Counted from the first letter of the stretch, positions 1 to 14,200 are shown. The stretch: 64,000 bases of DNA from an uncultured Nitrospiraceae bacterium (GCA_963727775.1 CAVSHB010000001.1:384001-448000); one strand, 5' to 3'. Numbers and translations are program-made. Notes: generated by a model from the sequence alone, not told the origin.

Positions 1-324
1 TATATGCGGGAACAATTTATGCGTAGAATAAGCGTGAGCAACAATTTCATTTACCGGATCTATGCCGAAGACAGAGGCAATCATCCTTCCGGCGGACCCG
101 GTGACCGAAAGTGAAAACGTCTCGGGTGGCTGAGAAACGGTCCGGTTTTGCGGTTTAGCGACTCCTTTAGTCTCCGGCTTAACCAGTTTCTTCAGGAGTT
201 CATAGGCCGCGCTGATAGGGTGTCCCTTATGTCTTTCATAATGACTGTAAAGCTTATTCCCTTTTTCATCAAGAACAACAAGCTTAACACTTACTGAACC
301 TGCGTCAAGTCCGATGTAATTCAT
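1..324 (-). CDS. Acyl-CoA dehydratase activase / BadF-BadG-BcrA-BcrD family ATPase, 5' part only (continues beyond window start)
   Basis: Manual translation from ATG at 324: MNYIGLDAGSVSVKLVVLDE...SVTGSAG...VNEIVAHA, matching the ASKHA phosphate-1 motif (GLDxGS) and the VTGSG/NEI motifs of CoA activases. Not in the ORF track because it is truncated. Confidence 0.85.
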   Translation of the reverse strand, partial: MNYIGLDAGSVSVKLVVLDEKGNKLYSHYERHKGHPISAAYELLKKLVKPETKGVAKPQNRTVSQPPETFSLSVTGSAGRMIASVFGIDPVNEIVAHAYSTHKLFPHI

Positions 325-496
325 AGCTGCTCCGATTTCTTGAAATTATAACACAGACCTGGATGATCTTTAATAACAAGGTATAGAGAGCATTTTTCAC
401 TAAGAAGTTAAACCTCACGATATCTTCCTCTTTGGCGTAGGCTAAATAATATATTAAGTCTCTATATGTAATACAGATAAACATAATATTATTTTC

Positions 497-525
497 TTGA
501 CATTTAGTGTGCTTTTTAATATCCT
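497..525 (+). promoter_or_regulatory. Putative sigma70 promoter for the tps locus
   Basis: TTGACA (497-502), 17 nt, TATCCT (520-525); an additional TATAAT at 530-535. Confidence 0.5.
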
Positions 526-555
526 TTTGTATAATAACTTAGAGTTGTTTCGGAA

Positions 556-2214
556 TTGGGTGCCCATTTTGTTGATGATTTAACAATATTGCGAGAGGGG
601 GCAATTATTAAATTAAATCCTTACAGAAAAGTATTTTTGTCCCTTAAACTATTCTTGTCTCTTGTAATTTTCACGGCATACCTGTTCGTATTTCCCAACC
701 TTTTGCCGGCAGCTGAACAAGGCGGCTTCTTAATAACAAAGATAAATATCAAAGGCAATACCGTTGTCAGTTCAAAAGACCTCGGCAGGCTGATAAAACA
801 CTATGAGGGCGCCCGCCTGACTTTGCCTGAGCTGCAGAAGATAGCTGCTCTCATAACAGAGGAATATAAAAAGCGCGGGTACATCATAGCAACCGCCTAT
901 GTGCCTGAACAAAGCATAGTAAACGGTACAGTCGAGATTGCGGTGCTGGAAGGCAAGGTAGGCGAAGTGATTGTTCAGGGCAATCACAGATATTATTCGA
1001 CAGAGTTTATCAGGAAACACTTCGACCCGGTCAAAAATGCGCCGGCGTTAAACCAAGACAATCTGGAAAGGGCGCTCTTGGTACTGAATGAATATCCTAA
1101 GCTCAGTGTTAAAACCACATTGCAGGCAGGAAAGGAACCCGGGACCACGGACCTCATCGTAACAGCAGATAATTCCCTGCCTGTTAATGTCACTCTGGAC
1201 TACAATAACTTCGGGTCGCGGTTTGTAAGCAGGAACAGGTACGGCGCGGCGTTTGATGTCGGCAACCTGGTGAGAGAAGGCGCGATTCTCTCGGCCCGCG
1301 GGGTCACAGGAGATGACCCTGACAAGATGCTCTATGGAAGAGGAGCATACAGTATTCCCTTAAATACCCTCGGCACAAGACTCAGCGGTTATTATGCGAA
1401 TGGTTATTCCGATATCGGAGCACAACTTGAAGCCCTCGGCCTGAAAGGTAAAACCGAGGCGTATGGCCTTTATATTACGCACCCTTTTATAAAGAGGACG
1501 AGCGTCAGCCTGACCGCTGAGTTTGGTTTCGATATAAAAAATGCAAAACAAACCGTATTTGCTTCATCAAATCAAACGGACAAGAATGACAGGACCCGTG
1601 CTATAAGGGGAGCAGTGAACTATGAAGCAATTGATCTCTCCGGCAGGACAACAGCGGCCTTTACCGCTTCGCAGGGGCTCGGTGATATCCTTGGCGCAAT
1701 GTCCGACCATGACGAGTCGTCAAGCCGGGTAGATGCCGATAACAGATTTACGAAATTCAACCTTGATATATTACGGCTTCAAAGGATATATCCTTTCTAT
1801 AAGGGAGAAGCGTTTGTTTACGCAATCCTCAGGGGCTCGGGTCAGTGGTCTATAAACAACCTTGTCGCAAACGAACAGTTTGCCGTCGGCGGCTCCGAAT
1901 CAGTGAGGGGTTATCCCGAATCGGAATTTGTGGGAGACTTCGGGTATTCTGTTTCCGCTGAACTCAGGGTCGCTCCTTTGGTCAAGAAAGACCTTTTTCA
2001 ATTGGCCTTTTTTATCGACAACGGCGGAGTTTATCAGAGAAATCCGGGGACCCAGATTGGAAACCATAACATAACAGGCGCTGGCACAGGGATCCGCCTG
2101 AATCTTCCATACGATATTAATATAAGGGCGGACGTCGGTTTTGCCATAGGTCCTGATAAGAATTCGGAAGGCAAGAAAACTGTCTTTTATGTACAGGCTG
2201 CAAAAAGGTTTTAG
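556..2214 (+). CDS. TpsB outer-membrane transporter (ShlB/FhaC/HecB family, Omp85 superfamily)
   Basis: Signal-like N-terminus, POTRA-type segments (IKGNTVV...YKKRGYI...PEQSIVNGTVEIAVLEGK), VRGY loop-6 motif (GGSESVRGYPE), FxDxG motif (FFIDNG), C-terminal Phe. Start codon uncertain (TTG). Confidence 0.93.
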   Translation: MGAHFVDDLTILREGAIIKLNPYRKVFLSLKLFLSLVIFTAYLFVFPNLLPAAEQGGFLITKINIKGNTVVSSKDLGRLIKHYEGARLTLPELQKIAALITEEYKKRGYIIATAYVPEQSIVNGTVEIAVLEGKVGEVIVQGNHRYYSTEFIRKHFDPVKNAPALNQDNLERALLVLNEYPKLSVKTTLQAGKEPGTTDLIVTADNSLPVNVTLDYNNFGSRFVSRNRYGAAFDVGNLVREGAILSARGVTGDDPDKMLYGRGAYSIPLNTLGTRLSGYYANGYSDIGAQLEALGLKGKTEAYGLYITHPFIKRTSVSLTAEFGFDIKNAKQTVFASSNQTDKNDRTRAIRGAVNYEAIDLSGRTTAAFTASQGLGDILGAMSDHDESSSRVDADNRFTKFNLDILRLQRIYPFYKGEAFVYAILRGSGQWSINNLVANEQFAVGGSESVRGYPESEFVGDFGYSVSAELRVAPLVKKDLFQLAFFIDNGGVYQRNPGTQIGNHNITGAGTGIRLNLPYDINIRADVGFAIGPDKNSEGKKTVFYVQAAKRF

Positions 2215-2285
2215 CGATGGCGAGTAATATTTTTAAGACATACAGGAATAACAAATTTTATTTTAAAGGCAACAAGGAGGGGAAT

Positions 2286-5200
2286 ATGTTGTCACGAATG
2301 AACATTGATTTAAGCAGGACGGGACGGACAGATTGGATGAGAAAAATGTCTAAAGACGCGCTGGCTGTTTTGGGGATTTGCATCTTAATGCTCATGCCCG
2401 CGTTGGCGCATGCCCTGCCGCAGGGCGGGAATGTTATAGGGGGTAGTGCGTCCATTTCAACCCCTAATTCCGGAACGATGAATATCGTCCAGAGCACGAA
2501 TAAGGCGATCATCAACTGGCAGGGCTTCAGCATAGACACCAATGAACTGGTGAAGTTCGTCCAGCCGGGCTCGTCCGCTGTTGCCTTAAACAGAGTCGTC
2601 GGTATTGACCCCTCTTCAATACTCGGACAGCTCTCCGCCAACGGCAAGGTTTTTCTTGTCAACCCCAACGGGATTTACTTCGGCAAGAATGCGAGAGTGG
2701 ACGCCGCAGGTTTACTGGCGACCACGCTGAATATCAAAGACAACGATTTCATGTCAGGCAATTATTCATTTACGCAGGACCAGGACAAGGCGCTTTCTTA
2801 CATTATTAATCAGGGCAAGATCGTAATCAACGATAATGGCTTTGCGGTGCTCGTTGCTCCGCTCGTTTCTAATGAAGGTTTGATCGTTGCTAACCTCGGA
2901 CAGGTGAAGATAGGCGCAGCCGAACAGTTCACCGTGAACTTCGACGGTAATGGTCTCATCAATTTCGCCATCTCAAATTCTAATGGCCAGACGCCGGGCA
3001 CGGTGTTAATCCCCTCAAGCCAGGTCACTGACCTTATTAAGGCGGTTGTAAATACCTCTCAGATTGTTGAGGCAGGACAGGTTATCGAAGAGAACGGAGT
3101 TGTTAAACTCGTCGGCGCAAGCGGCGTTGCAATCAACTCCGGAACGATTCAGGCAAACGGCGCACCGGGACAGAAAGCAGGAAGTATAGAATTGAACTCA
3201 ACACAGGCAACTATTGTCGCCACTGGCGGTTTGATTACCGCTAACGGAGTAGGTGAAAACTCATCAGGCGGAGAGATTAAGATTCTCTCTGATATGCAAA
3301 AGGGGTTTACCGGCCTAGGACTTGGTTCTGCTATTGAAGCGAAGGGCGGTATAACCGGCGCCGGCGGATCGGTAGAAATATCCGGGCATGGTTTTCAGAC
3401 ATGGGGTTCGATTGATGTTTCAGCAACCGGTGGTGTCGCAGGTACAATATTGCTCGACCCGGCCAACATCACAATAGTGGACAGCCCGAGTGGTACTAAT
3501 GCATCGGATTATAATTTTACGGGTGGAATACATCCACTGCCCGATAATTTGGGCACGGGGTTCTTTTTCGCTACAGGTGGTCATGATTATAACGCCAATG
3601 GAACCCTAAATGAAATCTCCTCCGGGTACCTTACTACATTAGCTGGAACGATTGTTCTGCAGGCAACAAATAGTATTACAATCAATCAGATAACTCTAAA
3701 TCCTTTAACATGGGCATCTCCCACCAATCTTGTTTTACAGGCTGGTGGGAAAATTGCGTTCAGTAGTGTCGGCCCGTTTACTATAAACACCGATGGCGGT
3801 AGTATCCAGCTGGAAGCCGACTCTCCCCACAGCGTTGCTGCCGGTGGTCTCTATGATGGTAATGGAAAGGTTGATTTGGGCAGCGTTACCTTAAATACTG
3901 GCGGCGGCAATGTGACCATTATTGCCGGGGCCAATACTGCGACGCCTATCGATGCGACAGCTGCAACACCTCCATCGATAAATGCCGGTGCCGGAAACGT
4001 CAATCTCGCCTATTCTAATGGCCTTAATCCCGTAGGGGGGATCCTCTAACTATCAATGCTAATTTTAATAAGTTACTGAACATTATTAGTACCACCGGAA
4101 TTGTTACTGTAGGCCAGGCGACAACTGCTGGCACTAACGGCTTGGGTGGTGCGAGCGCAATACCCCTTACCAACGGTGCCATAACAGTAGGCGCGGGGAT
4201 CTCAAACGCATCTATTGGGGAACTTCAGCTTATTGGCACTTCTATTAATGGTGATGGAAATATTGCCCACAGAATAGGAAGTGGTGGAACCGCTCCTGCG
4301 GACGTGGTATTACTTGCAACAGGTGCATCGGGCTTTATCGGCGCACCGGGGACTGAAGTGATTATTGGAACTGGAGTTACGTCATTGAGCGCTGATACAA
4401 CGGCATCAAACGGGAATATATATATCACAAGTGCATTTGGAGATATTCCGGTAAATGTTATTAACGCAGGGACAGGGAACGTGACCCTTAATGCTGCATC
4501 ATCTATAAGAAATGTCGCAACTCCATCAACAACAACGAATATCATTGCGAATACTGCTTCATTGTCAGCCGCAACCGGCATAGGGACCCTAGGGACCCAC
4601 TTGAATATAGATGTTGGGACATTGACTCAGGCTTTATCCAATAGCGGCAATATTGCGATTGATCTATGGGACGTAACCAGTAGCGGCGTTACGGTGGGCT
4701 CTGCAACAGGCGCAGTAGCTACAACGGGCGGCGCTGGAAATATAGTATTGACTTCGCACAGCACGAATACGACGACAATATATACTGTTGGGGCTTATAA
4801 CGGCAGTACGACTATAACGAGCGCGGGGAACCTTGTTGTTGATAACGTTTCTGCCGATTACGCTGTTGGCGGGGGAACAGATCCGATTAATATTGCAGTT
4901 AATACCGCAGGCGGTCTTCTAACTTGGCAAGCCTTGGCCGGGAATACGCATCCCCATACAATAACTACAAACTTTGCCGGATCTAACGGCCCGATTACTT
5001 TAAGAGCCGACCAAATGGACTTTCAAGGCGGCGGTGTTACTAATTTGATTGCTGCGGGATCAGGGACAGTGACACTGAAGCCGTTTAGCTTAGGGACAAT
5101 AATAGGGATCGGAAGTGCCGACAGCGGGACGACCCTCGGCTTGACTGCAGCTGAGCTAAACATGGTATCGACCACCGGCACTGTCGTTATCGGCGATCCA

Positions 5201-8200
5201 GCAAATACGGGCGGTATCCAGATAAGCGCAGCTACGGACCTTTCTGCTGCAGGATTTACCAACCTGGCTTTGATTACGGGGAACACCGGAACATCAGCTA
5301 CAACCCCGGCAATTTATGATGGAACAACATGGACCGGCGGCTCCCTTCTGACATTGCCCGGCACTTTAACACTCGATGCGAAGGGCGGGATAGATGTGAC
5401 CACTGCCGTCAACACAATAGCGGGCATTTCGCGCACAGCAGGCGATATTTTCATAGAGGAATCAAACGGCTTAATAATCGGTAATGGTTATGGAGGGGTA
5501 ACCGGTCTTACAACTACTGCAAGTTTTATTAAGGTAGTAGTTGCCCTCGGCGACCTTGCGATCAATGCTGATATAACTTCAGCTGGAGGCGCTGGAGATG
5601 CAGCGCTGTACGCAACAGCGGGCTCGATAACCCAGGGTGGCGGCACGATAACGGCGAACAACCTGATACTGAGCGCATCGACGGGTATAGGAACATCCGG
5701 GAACAACATCCTGACTGATGTGACCACGGTTGCTGCGGAGACGACATCAGCCGTGACCGGAGATATTTTCATACATGAGAAGGACACAACGACTCTTGAT
5801 GGATTAACGATAGGCAGCGTGACGATAGATTCAAATACGGTAACGGGAATAAACAGCAGCCCATCAAATGGTCTTATCAAGATAACGGTAGATACCAATA
5901 ATTTGGCTATCAACAACGATGTAAACGCCGGCACTGGAGATGCAGCGCTGTACGCAACAGCGGGCTCGATAACCCAGGGTGGCGGCACGATAACGGCGAA
6001 CAACCTGATACTGAGCGCATCGACGGGTATAGGAACATCCGGGAACAACATCCTGACTGATGTGACCACGGTTGCTGCGGAGACGACATCAGCCGTGACC
6101 GGAGATATTTTCATACATGAGAAGGACACAACGACTCTTGATGGATTAACGATAGGCAGCGTGACGATAGACGGGGATACGGTAACGGGAGTAAACAGCA
6201 GCCCATCAAATGGTCTTATCAAGATAACGGTAGATACCAATAATTTGGCTATCAACAACGATGTAAAGGCCGGCACTGGAGATGCAGCGCTGTACGCAAC
6301 AGCGGGCGCGATAACCCAGGGTGGCGGCACGATAACGGCGAACAACCTGATCCTGAGCGCATCGACCGGTATTGGAACATCCGGGAACAACATCCTGACT
6401 GATGTGACCACAGTTGGTGCGGAGACGACATCAGCCGTGACCGGAGATATTTTCATACATGAGAAGGACACAACGACTCTTGATGGATTAACGATAGGCA
6501 GCGTGACGATAGACGGGGATACGGTAACGGGAGTAAACAGCAGCCCATCAAATGGTCTTATCAAGATAACGGTAGATACCAATAATTTGGCTATCAACAA
6601 CGATGTAAACGCCGGCACTGGAGATGCAGCGCTGTATGCAACCGCGGGCGCGATAACCCAAGGTGGCGGAACGATAACGGCGAACAACCTGATACTGAGC
6701 GCATCGACGGGTATAGGAACATCCGCGAATAACATTTATACTGATGTGACCACAGTTGGTGCGAAGACAACATCAAGCGGCGATATTTTCATACATGAGG
6801 GCGATGGTTTAACGATAGGCAGTGTGACGATAGATGGGGATACGGTAACGGGGATAGACAGCAGCGCAGGGCCTGGGCTTATAAAGATAGTGGTGGACAA
6901 CGACAACCTGGCGATCAACAACAAAGTAAACGCTGGTGGTGGAGATGTGGCGCTGTATGCCTCATCGGGATCGATAACGACAAACGGCGGCGGAATGATA
7001 ACGGCGAACAACCTGATACTGATCGCATCGACGGGTATAGGAACATCCGCGAATAATATTCTGACTGATGTAACGACGGTTGCTGCAGAGACAGCGTCAG
7101 TCGTGACCGGCGATATCTTCATAAACGAGAAGGACACAACGACTGCTGATGGATTAACGATAGGCAGCGTAACGATAGACGGGAATACGGTAACGGGGAT
7201 AGACAGCAGCGCATCAAATGGTCTTATCAAGGTAACTGTGGACACCAATAACCTTCTGATCAACAATGCTGTAAATGCCGGGAGCGGCAATGTTGAACTT
7301 ATTGCAACTGCCGGAAGCATAACCGATACAGGAGCGCCGGGAATTACAGGGACTCAACTCATACTAAAAGCAGCAAACGGTATAGGCATTGAACCTGGGA
7401 ATCCGCTTGACACCACGGTCTCTCAGTTGGATGCTGTCAACACTACAAACAATGATATCAACATATCTAATACAGGAGACCTTGAATTAAAAGACCTGAA
7501 TGCCGATACATTCTCAGTTCAAAATCAGGTACTGAACGGTGTTATAAGATTAACAAATGCAGGGAAAATAACAGTAACTGACACAGTCCAATCAAAGGAT
7601 GGTCTGATAGATTTTACTGCCAGTTCTCCAATAATAATTAACGCAAACATATTATCCGGCGGCGGAAATATTAATCAGACTGCAAACAATCCAGACGGAT
7701 ATATTTATGTTAATGCAACATTGGATTCTACTGGCGGCGCAGGCGTGGGTGATATCAACCTGACAGCCAATGGCGTAGACGGCTCCAATCGGAGCATTGT
7801 TATGAATTCAGTGTCGGGCATAATCAACGCAAAACACGATGCCATTCTGCTCGCTTCCGGAGGTGGTTCAGGAGATATTATAGTATCCAAAATAACAGCA
7901 GGCAACCAGATATCCATAACTGCCAATAACGGCTCGATACTGGATGACGAAGTTGAAACAACCCTGCTTTCTGCTCCGAGTATAATTCTCAATGCATCGG
8001 GTGACATCGGGAACAAGAATACTCCGCAGGCTGATCCGTTCCCACCTAAGGGGTATATTGATATCGATGCCGCGCCATTGCCGACCATGAGTCTTACAGG
8101 CCAAAACATATATGTGAATTTAGTCGGGGTAGGTGGATTACATACTTCTCAGATAACGTTCCTTAATATAACCTCACCGACCGGCGAACTTGGGCTTGCA

Positions 8201-11200
8201 GCCGACGGCAATCTTACAATAGATAATGGTCTTCTGGTGCTTGATACTCCGGGTAACCATAACCACAACGTATATCTTTATTCAACGGGCGCATCAATCC
8301 TTGATGCACATGACCCGGGATTGGGTGACCCGCCAGGACACATCCTTGATATCCGCGCTAATAATCTCTTCATGCGGGCGGCGGTAAATATCGGAAGTTT
8401 CTCGCCTCTGAATCCGATTGAGGTTGATCTTGGCACGTACCCGGCCGATGCGAGTGCAGGAGTGGACAATGCGATCTATTATGGCTATGACGGCGGACCG
8501 GCTTTTGATATATTTGCAAACAATTTACACGGGGTAAACATATATGTCGGCGCATCGGGGAATATTACTGTTGGCACTATCGGAGATAATACAAACCCTC
8601 CATATCCAAATACAGTAAATGTAATAGTAGATGCAGGGAAAAATATCTACGACGACCTTGATGATAGAACGTGGATTACCTCCCAAAATATCAGTCTTTT
8701 CGCAGTAGGTTCGATCGGGCAGGACGGTAGCAGCGTCGGCACCGATTACCTCGGTAATTCTCATACCAATATAGCCGGCAACAGGGACATCAACGATACG
8801 GATGATATCGATATCCATCTGACGGCAAGCCATCTTACTCTTATGTCCGGTGGCGATATTTATGTGACCGACAACAGCGGCCTGTTGAAGATGAGCGATA
8901 TTACGTTTGTTAATAATTTGGCTCTGCCGACACCGATTTGGAGAGGCACTCCGATGGGTACGGTCAATAACATAGTTTTGGGAGAATCTGCCGGGAATAT
9001 TCTCGTTGATGCGACCGTCAATTTGATCGATGGAGGCAGCGGCGACAATTTAACTCTTGCGGCTACCAACCTTACAAGGACAAGCGGAAACATAACTGGT
9101 ACCGATGCTACGACAAAGGTTCTGGTTGACAATTCTTTATATCTCGTTGCCGACCAAGGTATCGGCAGTCTCGTTTCAGGCACAAACCCTCTATATGTAA
9201 GGGCTCGGCAGCTGTCAGCGTATAACTATTCCTCCGGGGATATCAACTTTGACCTGGAGCGTGATGCAGGTCTGTTAGAATCGGTGGAAATAACGGAACC
9301 GTTTACGGGAGCCGGATTTGGAATCCAGAACGACGCTGGAAACGTGAAAGTGGTTGGACCTTCTCTTTCAGTGCTCTCAAAGGTTGACACTGTTCTTGCC
9401 GGCGGTTCAATCGAACTGGATGCCATTAAAGGCAGCGACCTCTTAATTGATGCTCCTATTCTCTCCGGCGGAGGCGACGTTACCAATACCGCAACCGGGA
9501 ATATACAGATTACGAACAACGGCAAAATTACAACAGCCGGCGGTAAATACACGGGAACAGCGGACAGTGACAGTAACGGTGCAGGCTGGTTTCATATGAC
9601 AGACGGTGGCTTTATCGACACCACTGGCGCACCAGATAATACAATAACCATCAGCGCTGGTGAAGAAGTGATCCTTGGCGTATTAAAAGCAGGGACAAGC
9701 GATGTTAAGATTACATCAACCGGCAGCTATATATCTGACGGTGGAGATGGCAATGCCGTAAATAACATAAGCGCCAACAATCTGGAACTGCATGCGGACA
9801 ATGGGTATGTATTGATAGAAGGTATAGATGTAAATACCGTGACCGCAACCAACGTGGCCACGACAATTACGTTGAGTGATATCAATGGGATAACTCTTAC
9901 GAGTCTGACTACCAATAACGGAACCATCGATGTAAAAGCAGGCGGTCTTATGACCGCAACCAATGTGGTGGCGGGCGGTACAGGCGATATCAGCCTTGAA
10001 ACGACTGCCGGGAATATAGCTATAGGTACAGTCACTGCAATAGGAGATGCCGTAAGGTTGAAGGCGGGTGCCAATATTACCCAGGGTGCTGGTCCTGGTA
10101 TAACTGCCTCGAATCTTTATCTCGCAACAGTATTCGGTAGTGTTGGGGCTCTTGGTAACCCTTTATTAACAAATGTTAGTTCGATTGATGATTTGGGCCC
10201 TGCTGGTTCCGATAATGTCAGGGGTAATAATATTTATATTCAGGATTCTAAAGCCGTAGACATTGGAGGCATCAATGGGTTGAGTACCTGGGCATTTTCT
10301 AACGGTATTATCGACATAAGAGTAAATGGTGCAATGCGAGCTTCCAGTATTTTTGCAGGAGGTAACAGCGATATCTCCCTTACAACGACGGGCGGGATTC
10401 TACCTCTCATCCAGGTTGGAACTGTTACTGCAAACAATAATACTGTGACTATTGATTCGGCCAGTTCAATCGAGATGCTTAATGCCGGCAGCAAGATTAC
10501 CGCACAGAACCTGTATCTGGCTTCCAATTCAACAACAACTGTAAGAACGGATGTTGATTTCATTGACAATGTTGCGACAAAGAACGCGGCAGCGTCTACT
10601 CTCCTGATCGATGAAGACAGTGGAGCAACCCTCGGTTCAGTAAACGGACTTTCTACAAATAGCGGACCTATTACAGTAAATGCAGCTCTTAATGGTACGG
10701 GAACACTAACTGCAAGTTCTGTTACTTCCGGCGGAAACAATAATATTACTTTAACGACAACAGTCGCCAACAGCGATATCCTTGTTGGCAGTGTGAACGC
10801 AACGGGGGCTACCGTTGCAATTCTCTCTTCAGGCGCAATTGAACAAACCGGTGGAGGTGTCAACATCACTGCTGATTCTGCCCGTCTGGAAGCCAGGACA
10901 GGAATAGGAGATACAGGCGGAGCAATAGAGACACAAGTGTCCACGCTTGCTGCATTGAACACTACAAATGACATTATTATCGCGAATAATAATGTTGTAC
11001 CGGGTGCACTGGATATCAACACGGTCACAGCAGGCGGAACAACTACCGGGATAACCAATGGAATCGGAAATATAACGTTGGATAACTGGGGTGCGTTAAC
11101 AATATCCCAGCCGGTCAGTATAACAACAAGCGGCAGCATAAATTTGACGGCGCACAGCCCGATAAATGTGAATGCAAGTATTATAGCGCCGGGTGATATC

Positions 11201-14200
11201 ACCCTGACAGCGCTTGAAAATACCATTACGCCTGGAGCCGGAGATGACATAACAGTTGGAAACGGCGTGCTGACGCCTGTAATACGGTCTTCAGGGGGCA
11301 ATATCTTACTGCAGGCTGGTGACGACATTATCCAAAATACAGGGACGATCATCCAGACTTTGGGGCCAGCCAATACGATTACCCTCCACGCTGGAAATGA
11401 TGGGACAACTCCTGATAATGATGGACTTGGTGCAATTACTCAGAACGGCACAGCCCGTATTCTCTCTCAAAATGGGAATGTCACACTGACGGCACTGCAG
11501 AATATTTCGGTCAATGATGTGAATGCAGGGAATGCGCTATTGACTGTGACATCGACGACCGGTTCCATTGAGGAGACAATGCCTGGGGACGCGCAAGTGG
11601 ATCTGACAGCGGGTACCCTGGTTTTGAGCGCTGTGACCGGAATAGGGACAAACGCCGCTGCACCTATCGAAACAGCGGCCACGACGATTACTGCGAACAC
11701 AACGAACGGTAATATCAACCTCGCAAATACCAATACAGGTGCGACGACAGCTACCTCGCTGACGACAGGGACAGGGAACATAGACTTTGCCCAGCAGGGA
11801 GGCGGTGCCCTGACCGTGACGACTGCAACTACCACCGATGGATATATCAATATCGGGGTTACCCAGGGTGATTTAATAGCCGGATTAATAACTGCCGGTG
11901 GTGCTGGTAGAAATGTGACCTTAACGACCACTACCTCGGGCAATGTATTTGTGGATAATGTAACCGCAACCGGCGACAGGATAACGATAACCTCAGCAGG
12001 CGCTATAGAAGAAAATGGCAATGATCCTGGAGCTGATTTGACCGCAGATGAGCTTGTGCTTAATGCCCAGAGCGGGATTGGAAACCTCGGGACCATCGAG
12101 ACACTGGCAAATAAGCTTGACGCGGTGAATGTGAATAACAAGATTGATATTAAAAACTCCGGCGCATTGACGCTTGTTGATTTGAATGCGGACGGGTTCT
12201 CTGTGAAAAATACCAATGGAGCAACAAGCATCGTTGCGGCCTCTCCGCTGACGGTATCGTCTGATGTGATCAGCGGTTCTGACATCTTACTGGCTGCTAC
12301 AGAAAGTGCCGGTGCTGATGACCTTACGGTGAATGCGAATATTACTTCTACAGGTGGGAATATACTGCTGCAATCCGGAGACAATATCATCCAGGCGACA
12401 GGAACTACCATTCAGACTAATACAGCGGGAAAGACTATTCAATTGGTTGCCGCCTTTGGAGACACTGACAACATAGGTGGGATCACCCAGAACGGCACAG
12501 CCCAGATAGTTTCCAATAATGGGGATATCACGTTAACTGCCAGGGATACGATTTCCCTGCAGTATGTAAATGCCGGAAGTGCGCTTTTGACCGTGACATC
12601 GACGAACGCATCCATAGAGGAAACCACGAATGACGTTGCAGTTGATTTGACTGCCGGGACACTTGCGTTGAGTGCATCTACCGGAATCGGTACCACAGGA
12701 ACGGCGCCGATTGAGATAGCAGCGACGGCAATAACTGCGAACACGACGAACGGCAATATCAACCTTGCCAATACGAATGCAGCAGCAACGACAGCGACTT
12801 CGCTGACGACGGGGACAGGCAACATAATCTTCACACAGACTGGTGGAGGTTCACTGACGGTAACGACGGCAACAACCACAAGTGGTGACATAAGCATATC
12901 GACCATCACATCGGGCAACATCTTTGTTGATAATGTAAGCGCTCCTGGAAATATTGTTACCATTATCTCTGCCGGTTCCATAGAAGAGGCAACGCCTTTC
13001 GATCCCGGCGCCGACATCACAGCAAGTTCTGCGAGGCTGGTAGCAGTGAACGGGATAGGAGATCAAGGCACAATAGAGACGGCCGTATCTACCCTTGCGG
13101 TATCGAATACGACCAATGACATAAGACTTCAGAACAACAGCATTGGATCACCGGGTGCACTGGACATCAACACAGTCACAACATTAGTAGGTCCAGTGGG
13201 TCCCACTTCAGGGATCACCAATGTGACAGGGAACATAATCTTAGATAACTACGGCGCATTAACGATATCCCAGCCGGTAGCTGTAACAACGAACGGTTAC
13301 ATACAGCTGACGGCCCACAGTCCGATGAATGTTAACAATAATGTTACAGCGCCGGGGGATATCACCCTGACGGCTTTGGAAGTTACTCCCGCTGTTCCGA
13401 ATGTAGATAACCTGACGATAGGCAATAGTGCGCTGATTAGGTCAACAGGCGGAAATATATTGCTGCAGGCTGGGGACAATATAGTCCAGAACACTGGAAC
13501 ATTAATCAATACAACGGTCGCGGGAAAGACGATCACTTTAACCGCCGCATATAATGACAATGACAGCAACGGTGGAATCACCCAGAACGGCACGGCTCAG
13601 ATAGTTTCCAACAATGGAAATATAACTTTAACCGCGCACGATACTATTTCAGTGATGTACGTAAACGCTGGAAATGCAGTGCTGACAGCGACTTCAACGA
13701 ACGGTTCGATCGAGGAAACGACGAATGACCCTGCGGCTGATTTGATCGCAGGGACGATAATTTTGCAAGCTGCAACCGGCGTGGGTACACTGGGTACGCT
13801 GGAGATTACAGGTACGAATATTTCGATAGACAGCAGTGGATCAGGAGCAATCGATGTATTGAGTCTGGCGATAAATCCTGTGGTTGTGTCGAGCCTGACT
13901 ACGGGGACACCGGGCGGAGGGATCGAAAACGGACCGATTACGTTTGCACAGACGGGGAACCAACCCTTAACAGTTCAGAATGCTTCTACTCAGCAAGGAA
14001 ATATAGTTGTAACCAACACTGGCGCAAATCTCACTATCGGCACAATGACGGCCGGAGCCGATCCGGGAAGCACGGCCAGTAATGTTGTCTTAACAACGCT
14101 TACAAGCGGTGACGTATATGTAGACAATGTGACCGCTGCAGGCGACAGAATAACGATAACATCAGCAGGCGCGATAGAGGAGACGCCTGTCGATACAACA

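Noticed and set aside
476..494. Fur-box-like AT-rich palindrome upstream of tpsB
   Set aside because: About 12/19 match in a very AT-rich region; not distinguishable from background.
4142..4144. TTG start of the 5471-aa ORF as an independent gene
   Set aside because: No RBS, signal peptide or TPS domain; the frame is open from 4028 and continues the upstream ORF.
5592..6960. CRISPR array or DGR template/variable repeat pair
   Set aside because: Repeats are in-frame coding units without spacers; no cas or reverse transcriptase gene in the window; differences are not clearly adenine-specific.
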